A DNA stretch of 64,000 nucleotides, taken from assembly GCF_023055435.1 (NCBI RefSeq), contig NW_025963791.1, positions 17,298,001 through 17,362,000 of the forward strand, in the 5' to 3' direction. Shown one piece after another: positions 27,495 to 39,412 of this stretch (positions are counted from its first letter, which is position 1; each line of letters opens with the position of its first letter). Origin of the DNA: Haliotis rufescens (taxonomy: Eukaryota). The position numbers were made by a program, and so were the translations under genes. The notes under the pieces are model-generated. The model was not told where the DNA came from and did not search any database. It saw nothing but the letters and a program-made list of their open reading frames with translations.

Positions 27495-28462
27495 ACCCCC
27501 ACCTTGTGATATTACCCTTATGTCCCCCCTACTTCAACCACTACTGCAAGACTCCACCCTGATTTCCTCACCCCCTACCCCTGTCCCTACCACCCCCACC
27601 TCCTGATATTACCCTTGTGTCCCCCCTACTTCAACCACTACTGCAAGACTCAACCCTGATTTCCTCACCCCCTACCCCTGTCCCTACCACCCCCGCCTCC
27701 TGATATTACCCTTGTGTCCCCCCTACTTCAACCCTACAGCAAGACTCCACCCGAGTTCCTCACCCCTACCCTGTCCCTACGACCCCCACCTCACCCCCAC
27801 CTTCTGATTTTAACCTTGTGTCCACCCTACTTCAACCCTAACCCAGTCAGTGCCCCAAACTCTTTCAACCCTACAGCAAAACTCCACCCCCAGTTCTTCA
27901 CCCCTGCCCCTGTCCCTACCACCCCCACCTCACCCCCACCTTCTGATTTTAACCTTGTGTCCACCCACATTCCACCCTAACCCAGTCAGTGCCCAAAACT
28001 CTTTCAACCCTACAGCAAGACTGCACCCCCATTTCTTCACCCCTACCCCTGTCCCTACCACCCCCACCTCACCTCCACCTTTGATATTTACCTTGTGTCC
28101 ACCCTCCTTCAACCCTAACCCAGTCAGTGCCCCAAGCTACATCAACCACTACTGCAAGACTCCACCTCAAGTTCTTCACCCCTACCCCTTCACCCCTACC
28201 CCTGTCCCTACCACCCCCACCTTCTGATATTACCCTTGTGTCCCCCCTACTTCAACCCTACTGCAAGACTCCACCCCGACTTCCTCACCCCTACCCCTGT
28301 CCCTACCAACCCCACCTTCTGATATTAACCTTGCGTCCACCTACTTCAACCCAAACCCAGTCAGTGCCCCAAGCTACATCAACCACTACTGCAAGACTCC
28401 ACCTCGAGTTCCTCACCCCTACCCCTGTCCCTTTCTCCACCACCCCTGTCCCTACCACCCCC
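27495..28462. repeat. C-rich composite minisatellite (97-bp and about 140-bp units)
   Basis: Repeated ccctacccctgtccctaccacccccacc and cttcaaccc modules; explains the Pro-rich ORFs. Confidence 0.92.
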
Positions 28463-29457
28463 TCAGGATCAATAGTGTGGGCCGGCTTGCCAAGCTCTGG
28501 TGCAGCAGACATATTGTTATCTGCTTCTTGTCTACCGCGATGTTAACTGCTTGATCCATGTCAACACCATGCATGTTGCAATTGGCAATTGCATCCAAAT
28601 CCCAAGGAATTATGCCAGAATCTCCCATCCATCTCCATGTGTACTTATCGACATTTCTGCAAAGTGCCAAATTTGAAACAAGACTGAATCCTGCACACAC
28701 AGCATCTGGAAGTATTACGTAATCTACTGATCATTGCTGATGGTTCCAGTCCTTGAGTTCTTGCTGACTGCAGACAGTGTGGAAATTAAAACATTGGCAG
28801 CATTTTTTTGTTTTAATGATGATAAAGGACTTGATTATGTAATGTTTTAAAGAGCAAAAATGGTCATGAATTAATGACATCTTTTTCCGTCAGCTTTTTT
28901 TTCACATTTGCAGCGCCACTTTTGGATTAAGTTATTGTATGATTCATTGTAAACATGGTAAATAGCTCAGCGAAGAACTGTTTCCATGTCACAAATGATA
29001 TTCATTTACTTCTATAGTGAATAACGACTTGAAATACTCTTCCCAAGTTGACTTTCATCTGAGGAGAATATTTGATTTTTGAGAGGCGCCAACAGAAATC
29101 AATGCCAAGCCAATCAGGAAGTGTTGAAATGTGATTCTCATCTTTACTCTGGTTGTTGGTTGTTTAACTTTATTCAGGCCAAAAGCTAGTGTCAACAGCG
29201 AGGGCCAACATGCGCCATCACCAAACTGCAGTGACTTTAGAGCTTCAACAGCATGTCCACACATGAGGCAATGAAGCACTCAGATGCTGCACATTCTTTC
29301 TACTATTATGACTTTCAAGGTTAATTGGGGTGATCTTTTTATGATCGTGATGTGGTTTTGCAATTCATGTGACTAAAATATTTGCATGATGAAACATTTC
29401 TTGGTTGCAGTGAGGTCAGTGTTTTAGGGGTTCATCACCAGCTGGTGGTGACAAGTG

Positions 29458-30011
29458 ACAAGTGACAAGTTTTATTTACATTTTGAGCCACATGGCCCGT
29501 AGTGCTGCATATACAGAAAATGCATACAATGCACTGTTAATATTATTATTACTGATATTATATCAATAAGGTGCTTATCTGGGTAGGTTACTTTTCAGAT
29601 ATATAGATATACTTTTAACAACTGCAGGGTTCGCTGATGACAGAAGCTGGGATAATTTATCAATGGAAGGATTAGTATAATAATAAGGCGGCAAAAACAT
29701 TCTAAGAGAAAATAAAACGCATCATCAATAGAACGAGTATTACAGTTTGTACACAAATACATTTGGGGATCATATTATGCTTTAAACCATTTGTACTTGT
29801 AAACCACTTTCAACTTATGAGATGTACAGTAACATTTACAATATACTCTTAATAAATACTTAGAAGTCGTGTTTGACTCACCGGGGCTGAAAATATAAGC
29901 GACAAATCCCTTTCCGTATTCATAAGAAATCTCTTCTAAAAGCAGTCAGTTCATAGTACGATTCCAGCAATATCATGAGCATGTATTTATGAATCACTAT
30001 CATTATGATAG
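29458..30011 (-). mobile_element. 5'-truncated LINE 3' end (RTE-X/CR1-group-like; clade uncertain)
   Basis: Minus strand encodes SHKL...LCTNCNTRSIDDAFYFLLEC (decayed C-terminal zinc knuckle) and PYYYTNPSIDKLSQLLSS..*, then AATAAA and a (CTTGTCA)n tail; about 15-bp TSD, 13 of 15 matching. Confidence 0.8.
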
Positions 30012-30090
30012 TGGTGATGACAGGTGTTCGCGAAAAGGTGAGTGTATCCTGCCCCACAGGGGGCATCTATCACAAACACATGCAAAGGCA

Positions 30091-30258
30091 GAGTAAGTAA
30101 GTGAGTATGGTTTTACGCAGCTTTTAGCAATATTCCAGCAATATCACGGCGGGGGACACCTGAAATGGGCTTCACACATTGTACCCATGTCGGGAATCGA
30201 ACCCGGGTTTTCGGCTTGACGAGGGAACGCTTTAACCACTAGGCTACCCGACCGCCCC
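30091..30258 (-). mobile_element. Family A tRNA-SINE, near intact
   Basis: A box, B box GGTTCGATTCC, ACTC tail. Confidence 0.9.
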
Positions 30259-30580
30259 TCACTTAAAGAAACATAGGAACATATGGTATTGGTCAAAATA
30301 GGGAATTACATCAGACATAATTTTTGTCACTGATGCTTCACATTTGGAAATGTCCTCTGCATGTCTACTATAAAACATTTTGAAAGCTTTACTGAGGCAT
30401 TGAATGTAGCTTGCTCCTGTTTGTTTCCTATTCAGCATTTCAAGGATCATGATTTAAAAAGGAAAACTCAATTTTTAAACTATAGCTTAACAGATGTCAC
30501 TATGTATTGAAGTACTACTGTGTCACCGAGTCAAAAGCATAACATGGTGTTTTCTATGGAAGTGATACAAGGCTTGATTG

Positions 30581-30965
30581 AAGGAACTTGATTTAAGTTG
30601 CACCAGGTGCATGTTGACATGAAAACCTAGTTGCACCAGTAAAACACAGGTTGCACCCTGTTCCCATAAATTTATCAAAGTTGAACATGCACAGTCTTGA
30701 TTTACCTGCACTTTGACTACATCAAGCCACTAAAAGCAAGACAAAGTACACATTAAAAGGGGTTTATTGACTTAGTATGGAAAATAAGTTTAGAATTAAT
30801 GAATGTGTTCAAAGATCAATGTTGTGTGAACATGTAAAGGTTAGACACAAATTTGAAAAAAATTGACATTCACTTGGTGCATTAATATTGCACATTAATA
30901 TTAGGATGCATTTTTCAATAATAGGTTGCACTGGTGCATGTTTTATAGAGCTAAATCGAGTCCTG
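30581..30965. mobile_element. Degraded hAT-like MITE
   Basis: Imperfect CAGGACTCGATTTAG TIRs and repeated gttgcacc motifs; no TSD seen. Confidence 0.5.
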
Positions 30966-31689
30966 TGATATTTGGAGGAACCTCATAGAACTGGTTTTGA
31001 ACAATTTATATGATTAATGACGTGACAGAATTGTGAATGTGATAAAAGTACCGGATGTTTGATTAAAACATGATTGATGTATTTTCAATACATTTGATGT
31101 AAAATCTTTTAATTTCATCTTAGATGAAGCAATCAATTCCAGCAGTGAAAGTCACCAGAAGCTGTGGCAAGGGTTCAGTGTCACTGCAGCCTGCTAAATG
31201 ATGCAGAAGGAATGAGCAAGTGGCTCCAAACTCAGTGGTTTGGCCTTACAGAGAATTCAATTTGTTTTCAGTAAATGAATAGAAATGGTCCTTTGAGATT
31301 CTGATCAGTTTTTGTTGAGATTTATGGTTTGATGAAAATGAAAGCGATAAAATTAAAATAATCGTTTGAACAGCAGGTTGCAGTGACTTAGAGCTGGACA
31401 GAAAGGACAAAATGCAATGTCAAGTTATCCTTGAATAGGGTAGCAGTGGAAGAACCAAATTGTGATAGCAGGAAGAGGGCTGACTTGGGTTATTGATTTC
31501 TAGGCATAGAGAGATGAATGATTGCATACCGCAAATAGACCTTATTTCATAATTCTCACTTTGTGTAAGCATGGGGAAATGACCAACTTTATCACATGTA
31601 TCTGTTGTATCGAGAGACTTTGATAGAGAGTTGCAGCGACATATCGGAATGTTAGCTGAAAAGGAGAGACATTGTATTGAGAAGGTAAC

Positions 31690-31772
31690 AGGGTTGTTGG
31701 GTAGACATGGAGGCAGTCAGGGTTGTTGGTAGACATGGAGAGACAGTCAGGGATGTTGGGTAGACATGGAGA
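31690..31772. repeat. About 30-bp tandem repeat, 3 copies
   Basis: gggttgttgggtagacatggag. Confidence 0.75.
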
Positions 31773-32483
31773 GGGGATTTTTTTATGCAGTGCACAAAGG
31801 AGGGCTTTGTATGCTAGGCATGTAGAAGTAGGGTTTAAGGCTGGGCATGGAGAGAAGGAAAGTTTCAGGTTGGGCATGGAGCAAAAAGCTATATGAAACT
31901 TGCAATTATCAAACACTGGTCTTTGCCAGCTATAGGAACTCTATGGACTCCACTTACATTAGATAAGCACTTGCGTAGCCTGTTGGTTAAGTGTTTATCC
32001 ATTTCTGGTGTCCCTTTCAATGGTGCAAAACCCTCACCCGAGGGTGCCTCTACCAGCCAAACCAGGGTATTCACTCACACCTGTGCATTAGAGGTTTCAG
32101 CATTGAGTGGGTATGTAATGACTGAGCCCTAGCTGGGTATATAGCCCCTTAGATGAGGATGTCTGACTGGTACGATGAGCCAGCGACTTGCTTGTAACTA
32201 TAATTGTACAACACCTCAGACAGGCAGGTTGTATGTACATAAACTCAATTTACATGCGTAGGTTACGTGGGAGGGGATTAGCCCAATGTGATTGGTGCTG
32301 TTTTTGGATGGGAGCTTATCTGCTAAATGAATGTTATTAGTGTGTTTTCCAGCTTGCATTACGCTGAGACAGGTTGTGTGCCGTACGGTCATGAGTGGTT
32401 GTTAGTTGTGTGTTGTCGGCTTGATGATGTCTTTCCTTCTTCCAGTCAAAGCATTGTATTACTAGAACTACTGCAGACTTGAC

Positions 32484-33170
32484 TTGGCTGTATGTGGTTT
32501 ATACCCTGTATGTGCAAGCCCAACACAATTTTTACTTGTTTTGGGCCTGTAGACTAGCAGTTCAGACAAATGCCTTATCAAGGGTGACGAGGCTTGTATG
32601 AAGCTTGTGAGTGAGTGAGTTTGGCTGTATGTGGTTAATACCCTGTATGTGCAAGTCCAACACAATTTTTACTTGTTTTGGGCCTGTAGACTAGCAGTTC
32701 AGACAAATGCCTTATCAAGGGTGACGAGGCTTGTATGAAGCTTGTGAGTGAGTGAGTTTGGCTGTATGTGGTTTATACCCTGTATGTGCAAGCCCAACAC
32801 AATTTTTACTTGTTTTGGGCCTGTAGACTAGCAGTTCAGACAAATGCCTTATCAAGGGTGACGAGGCTTGTATGAAGCTTGTGAGTGAGTGAGTTTGGCT
32901 GTATGTGGTTAATACCCTGTATGTGCAAGTCCAACACAATTTTTACTTGTTTTGGGCCTGTAGACTAGCAGTTCAGACAAATGCCTTATCAAGGGTGACG
33001 AGGCTTGTATGAAGCTTGTGAGTGAGTGAGTTTGGCTGTATGTGGTTTATACCCTGTATGTGCAAGCCCAACACAATTTTTACTTGTTTTGGGCCTGTAG
33101 ACTAGCAGTTCAGACAAATGCCTTATCAAGGGTGACGAGGCTTGTATGAAGCTTGTGAGTGAGTGAGTGA
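32484..33170. repeat. 137-bp tandem repeat, 5 copies, ABABA pattern
   Basis: Units start at 32484, 32621, 32758, 32895 and 33032. Confidence 0.95.
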
Positions 33171-33314
33171 GTTTGGTTTTATGTCGCTTTTAGAAATATT
33201 CCAGCAATATCACAGCAAGGGACACCAGAAATGGGCTTCACACAATGGGAAATTGAACCGGGTTCTTCAGCGTGACAAGCGAACGCTTTAACCACAAAGC
33301 TACCCAACTACTCC
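33154..33314 (-). mobile_element. Family A SINE
   Basis: 8-bp TSD atgaagct; (GAGT)n tail on the + strand. Confidence 0.85.
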
Positions 33315-35203
33315 ATGAAGCTGACGAAGGGCAGTTCTAGAAATTAAAAGGGGGTCCTAAGGTCCTTGATTATTTTTTTTATCTTGCGACCCCTCAATCT
33401 TTGATTTGAAGTATATAGAATTAATGAGTTAAAATGTTAATTTCAAAAATGGAAAAAGATTTACATCTTTATTATTGATCTAGAGTAATAACAAGAAAAT
33501 GATCACTTGACTTAAATGTATTTCTGGTCAAATGTTGGATGCAATAACTTAATGAGATACTAAGTCGGTAAACATTTAATGAAGAGTGAGGTACGTTTTT
33601 TGTCAGAATGAAAATGAGAAAATAAACTCATTTACTGAAAGTCGGCATTTAATTGAGTGTTTGTGGAGACTGACACAATGTGCCCATTATTGGAAATAAT
33701 ATAGTATTAATGAATGGAATATTCAGTATTCAGCACAGTTTGCGTTTGCTAACACATGGACCACAAGTCTGATTACTGCATCCCGTGATTGATAATCCTG
33801 GTGTTATGTGGGAACCCTGTACAATGGTATCATCCACCCTGGCAGAGATTCATTGACTGCAGTGCATGTAACTGTGCAGGGAACATGTTTGCTTGGAGCG
33901 TTCACCATGTGCAGGTGTGAGGGGTGAACAGTGTCAACACTTCTTTCAACCTTTCATCAATGAAATCAACATTCAGTATCTGGTGTTTTCTCATTTGTTA
34001 GTCAGAGTTGTTGAAGGTGATTATATAAACATGCTATTTCTATGATTCATGAAAAATTCATTTTCATCAGGATATTTTTTTGCATTCTTAATCACCTTGT
34101 ACTTGTTCACCACAATAAAATTAATGGGTAATGCAGAGAAGCACATTTTTAATTCATAAACTCACAATATGAACGTGATCTAAAATTTCCCTTACCAGCT
34201 TCCAGAGTTGTGATAATTCAACAACAGAGGAAACAATATAGGACATGATGATAAAAACTGGCGTTTATGACCAATCAGCTGTTGAAATTCTCGCTTTCCA
34301 GAGAAAGTCTGCAATATTCCAGAGCCTAATTAAGTCCACATCATTACAGCTTAGGATCAGTGAAACTATTACAGCATGTATACAAGTCATCCATGAGGCA
34401 TGTAGTGTGATGGGCTTGTTTGTGCTGGTCAAATTGGATTGCAGGATTGCAGGATTGCAGAAATCTGACACATGTAGATTAAGTAATTGATTTATTTCGT
34501 TTTATGCTGCTGTTGCTGATTGCTAAATGGACAGTTTTCGTAAACCGATTCAACATTGTTACACTTGATGCATACTATGAATTAGTTGAGGTTCCTTTAT
34601 TGATATTTAATTATTTAGTTGTGTGGAGATTGGAGTGAAAACACAGTCAGCTGTTATGACCTTGTTTGCTATGGAGGTTATGCCCCTTAGAGTTACCTCC
34701 CTTTGATCATTTCACCTCAGACTGTGCAGCTTTGGGTCATGTGTAGCTACACAGGACTTGTAAATATTTACATATACCAAGGTAATTATCATGTTGATTA
34801 GTTGTGTTTGTGAAGAGGTTTTATGTTTGATCATTTTTTTATTGGCCAGCCTGCAGTGAGCATGTTTGGAGGTTTGCACAAACAGTTGCTGCTTTTGTTG
34901 ATCATGTTGACGTCTCAAAATATACCACATAGATTTTCTATAAAAAAAATTCACTTTGGATTCAACATGCTCAAGGAATCATCTGATTTGGAATCTGTAT
35001 TGATTTAAGAAAGTTGTATTTGAAACTAGGTTTGTATTATTTGAAAATTAACCGAAATCTATTTCTGAAAGGAAAGCCAGACTTCAGAAAAATTAGAAGA
35101 CAGCAAATGTATTTCAAGTCTTTCAATACCAATCTGTAGACTTTTTAATGGAATGTATCAATTGGGCAATTAGTCTGAATCTGACTACCTTTAGTCACTA
35201 ATT

Positions 35204-35442
35204 GTTTGTTTGTTTGTTGTACGCCACGCTCAGCAATATTCCAGCTATATGACGGCAGTCTGTAAATAATCAAGTCTGGACCAGACAATCCAGTAACTGA
35301 CATCATGAGCATCGATCCATGCAATTGGGATATGATGACATGCATCAACCAAGTCACCAAGCCTGACCACCTGATCCTGCTAGATGCCTCTAATGTCAAG
35401 CATGGGTTGCTGAAGACGTCTATCCCGGATCTTTAGTGGTCC
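35204..35442 (-). mobile_element. Family B retroposon
   Basis: 11-bp TSD agtcactaatt. Confidence 0.9.
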
Positions 35443-35721
35443 AGTCACTAATTACATTGTCTGCACATTAAAGGACATTTACACTGAACAAGCATCATAC
35501 ATAGTTCCCTTCATCACTATTTAGAGCTCACAACTTAATTTGATACTGATACATGTCAGAAAATATTGGAGATGATTTTGTGAAATATTGTGACTTTTCA
35601 AATTAGCATTAAGCCCAACTAACTCGCTATGCTGAAATTCTTAACATGCAATGAGGATGTTTTAAAAACAAATAAAAGACTGCAGGTATGTTTTATTGAT
35701 CATTCTGCTTCTGTGTTCCAG

Positions 35722-35849
35722 GACTGCAACATTATCTATGCCTACCTACATGGCATGGAAGCTCTGTCGACTCTGCGGGAACCAGCACTCCGATCCCTCT
35801 GTCACACTGTCAGATATGAGTTCCACGATGCAAATGATATTCTTTATTG
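35722..35849 (+). CDS. RAPGEF2: Internal coding exon of RAPGEF2/RAPGEF6-like PDZ-GEF (N-terminal cNMP-binding-like domain): DCNIIYAYLHGMEALSTLREPALRSLCHTVRYEFHDANDILY(C)
   Basis: Acceptor ctgtgttccag|GAC, donor TG|gtatgt. 128 nt, phase 0 to phase 2. Peptide matches the recalled RAPGEF2/6 motif YSYLHGMEALSNLRE...VRYERH.ANEVLY. Confidence 0.93.
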
Positions 35850-36321
35850 GTATGTATGATTGAGTTGTGATTCAGTTTAGGATTGTGTGAGGTTTCCAAG
35901 GAAGAATTTGCCACACTGCAGTGAGATGTGACATTAACATTTAATGTTATTGGAACTGTGAAGCATTGATGTTGATATTGAACCATGAAACACATTGTTA
36001 GACTTTAAGACTATGGACATTTGTCGTTTTCAGATACATTTAGTCACAAACATTTTTCATGAAAAAAGCAAATCAAAACATGACCCGCAGAATTAATCTA
36101 GGATTCCAAACTCAGTGCCCTTGGCAAATTATGAAAAAGATTTATTTTGTTAAAAAAATTGATTTTTAAAAAAAATATTCTTTCCTAAATTCAGATGTAT
36201 CTTTACATTGTATTTTCAACATTGCATTCAATGAAAAATATATAACTGAGCATTTAAACCTGTTCGTCTTTATTGGTCCTGTATTCTCACTAGAGCCATC
36301 ATATTGCTTATAACTATATTA

Positions 36322-36694
36322 GGCTTAAAAAAATAAAAGAATTGGTTCTCCGACAATGACTTTTGAAAATATAGTGCGTGCGGGCGGTGGTATTTTTTTG
36401 TTTGCTTGTTCAAACTAGTTTGTAACCAATAAACAGTTGTGTACCTTCAACCTGGAAAAGGACCTCCCTGTATAAACAAGCATACGACCTCATCACTGCC
36501 ATGACCATGACACGCGATGCGCAGTAATGCAGTGCACATGTAAAGGGAAGTAACTGTGTGCTATATTGGATCACGTTGTGTTTAAGTATTAGGTTTTTAT
36601 ATTTTTTGGAAAAAGGAAATAAAACGAAATGTGCAGCAGACTTTTTGATGATGCGGGCGGTGCCTGAGAACCACAACTATTATTTTTTTTAGCC
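36322..36694. mobile_element. Zator-like MITE, within an older CAGGATTTAT-ended element (about 36088-36804)
   Basis: TIRs GGCTTAAAAAAATAA / TTATTTTTTTTAGCC; 3-bp TTA TSD. Confidence 0.8.
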
Positions 36695-36960
36695 TTAGCA
36701 TGAATTTGGAATTATTTTATTCCAATTTGGAAATATGTGCAGTAGACACTTACGCCTGACTTTGGGCTGAATATCGACCTCTTAGCAGGTGTATATAAAT
36801 CCTGAACTGTGCCTTGGCCGTCTGACGACTGATTGCACAACACTGCAGCCCCCAATGGCATGGATGTTTGCCCATGTTATCAACCATTGGTCTGTCTGTC
36901 CCAGACATGATCATTTACAGGCTGCCATGATATTACAGGTTAATTGCTGACTTGAGCATA

Positions 36961-37205
36961 AACTCCCTTGGGAGTTCCGAGTTAAAGGTGGTCCCCAGCA
37001 ACCTATGCTGGTTGTAAGAGGTGACTTAATGGGTCGTATGGTCAGGCTTGGTGATTTGGTTGATGGCGTTTCACCCAGTGGCATGGACGTTGCTGTCACT
37101 GTCTATCACTGGATTGTCTGGTCCAGACTCGAGTATTTACAGACCGGTTCATTTAGCTTGAATATTGCTAAGTGCAGTGCACCCACTTCAGCGTAAAACA
37201 ACATG
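36961..37205 (+). mobile_element. Family B retroposon, divergent subfamily
   Basis: Variant head actcc..tgggagttccgagt..ggtccccagcaacc plus the family B body. Confidence 0.75.
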
Positions 37206-39083
37206 CATGATTTGCCCCACCTATACCGCTGTGGGTGTTCACTAAGGGAGCAAGGATGCTTAATGATTGACACTATCAGTATCCCTGAATTCAGCTTCTG
37301 ATGTCTCAACACAGATTTGCTGTCAATAACCAGAAGAAGTTATCACTGACCATGGAATGCAATAACTGACTGCTGATAATGGGGCTATAAGTAGCTGGTG
37401 TGGCATGTAGCCAAACCAAGCTTTCAAGCCACCACACAAACAATTAAGTGGAGTTGTTGACATCATAACATCAGCGGACAAATTAAGTTGGGGATGCTGC
37501 CAAGTAGGTTCCTGAAATAAACCTGGAAAGATAATCCTAGATTAGCTGTGCCTGTTCCTGGCAAAAGGAGACAGATCCTTCACCACACGGCAATTCATTA
37601 TCATTTCTAATTCATTATCCTCGCGCCATGATCTATCGGCCACTTCCCCTTCTGAGAGAGATGCAATATTCACTGCACTTAACGGCATAAATTTGTCTCA
37701 GTGACAGGTAAAATGGCACAGTACTCAAGTGAACTTGTTAAGGATTGTTGTATATATTAAGTAGATCAGGTATAATTCGTGAAGTACTGAACCAGCTAAT
37801 AGCATTGTTACAGTAAAGATTTAAGGAGATGTATGAGACGCCAAAGCGTGTTCTCAAGTCCTCTCTGGCATCTATTCTGAGAGTGGTGAGGATATTCCTG
37901 GCTACACAAAAACTCCTCCCGGCTGTTTCTCATACCTTGGTTCAAGAAAAGAGAAATAACACGATCCTAGGTCTTTTATGACGTTTCTTACGCACATGTT
38001 GCACTTTTCGACGTGCGCCATGAGCATGTGGATGAGAGACTGCAATGCACATGCACACATGCAAGGCACTGGGTTCGGCTGATAGACGGCTGCTCCATTG
38101 GATCGATTACATACTGTATTGGTATAATAGCGGTGTAGAAAGTGAAGGAGGGGACAGGTTCATCTAAGGCTGTGAGTAGCAACATACTGATGGCTTGTTG
38201 CATTGGCCAGCCTCATACCCATGCTCAACCTGCTTAGTTTGGTCTTCTGACAGCTCCTGGTATTTTACATAGAAAATTTATCTGGTGATGTGGCACTTTT
38301 GATATTTGTATAAAGGTTATAAAGGAGACATTATTTACCACAAGAAAAAAAATTGGAAGATGCCTTTGCAGCAGTCTGTGCCAAAAATGTTTGAGTCTAT
38401 TAGTAGCCCGAATATGGCCCCTAGCATAATATTCAGTAGAATTTAGTTGGGTTATGTATTGGCAAAAAGATTGTATTGCCATATATTGCGATATGTACTG
38501 CTATATATTGGGAGCTAAAGTGTTCGACAGTGATTGGCACTGATTGTACATGCAGATCCTAATATCTACATACAACAGTAAAAATTACTTAGCATGGTCA
38601 GTCACCTCAATTTTGTAGTCATGGATACAGCCGAGATAACAATGCGAACAAAATGTCACTTGCGTATTTCTGCATTTTGTCTATCAATTTTGAAGGTAAA
38701 CTTCTTTTATGAGTGAAATTCTTAGGTGATAGGATACAAATAATAACGAAACCCAATATACCAGAAGGCACAAAATATTGCAATACATATCATTCGAAAA
38801 GCGTGTTGCAGTAGACCGGTATACCGTTAATACTGTGCAGTCCTTGTAAATAAGTGTTATTATGTGGACTATTATTAGCTGAGCTGATGAGACCGAACAG
38901 AATTTTACTAGACTAGGGCTTTTAACGTGTGGCTGAAGTTGCAGACTGTTGCAGTACTCATCCTTTCCCTGAACGTGACTGGCTTCAGCTGAAGTAATAC
39001 ATATATGAAAGAATAAGGTGGTACTTGACTTCTTTAGAGTCGTATTTGATGTCTTTCATGATGATTCTCCCTATAGTTTACTT

Positions 39084-39412
39084 GACCATTTCCATGGTCT
39101 AGTGGTAGAGTGTCTGCCCCTGAGAGCGGAGGATCGGGGGTTCGATCCCTGGCCGCATCATACCGAAAGACATTAAAAGATGGTAGTTGGTTTTACCTTG
39201 TCTGGTGCTCAGCAAAAAGGGGCTAAAACAAGGACTGGTCGGTTTGGAGTCAGTATACTGTGGCTGAGTGGGGTTTCACGTTAAATTCCGTCATTGTATC
39301 TCAGTAGGCTAGCATAAGTCCAGACTAGTTCATGCAACCATGCACCCTTGCATGGACTCCGCTATATAAGTGCAATAATTTTGAATGCAACATTAAACCC
39401 TATTTCAGCTAA
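39084..39412 (+). mobile_element. SINE family C (Meta/MESC-like), full length
   Basis: A box TGGTCTAGTGG, B box GTTCGATCC, imperfect TSD ccctat(a)gttta. Confidence 0.88.

Noticed and set aside
27415-28546. Extensin/mucin-like Pro-rich ORFs
   Set aside because: Artefact of the C-rich tandem repeat.
30091-30258. tRNA gene (also 3238, 39084 and 59654)
   Set aside because: tRNA-like A/B boxes continue into a SINE body and tail, most with TSDs; no complete cloverleaf seen.
32484-33170. CRISPR-like array (also the 36-bp and 101-bp arrays)
   Set aside because: No unique spacers and no cas genes; eukaryotic intron.
38880-38900. Hammerhead core CUGAUGAG
   Set aside because: No GAAA or flanking helices with a cleavage triplet found; other CTGATGA hits also fail.
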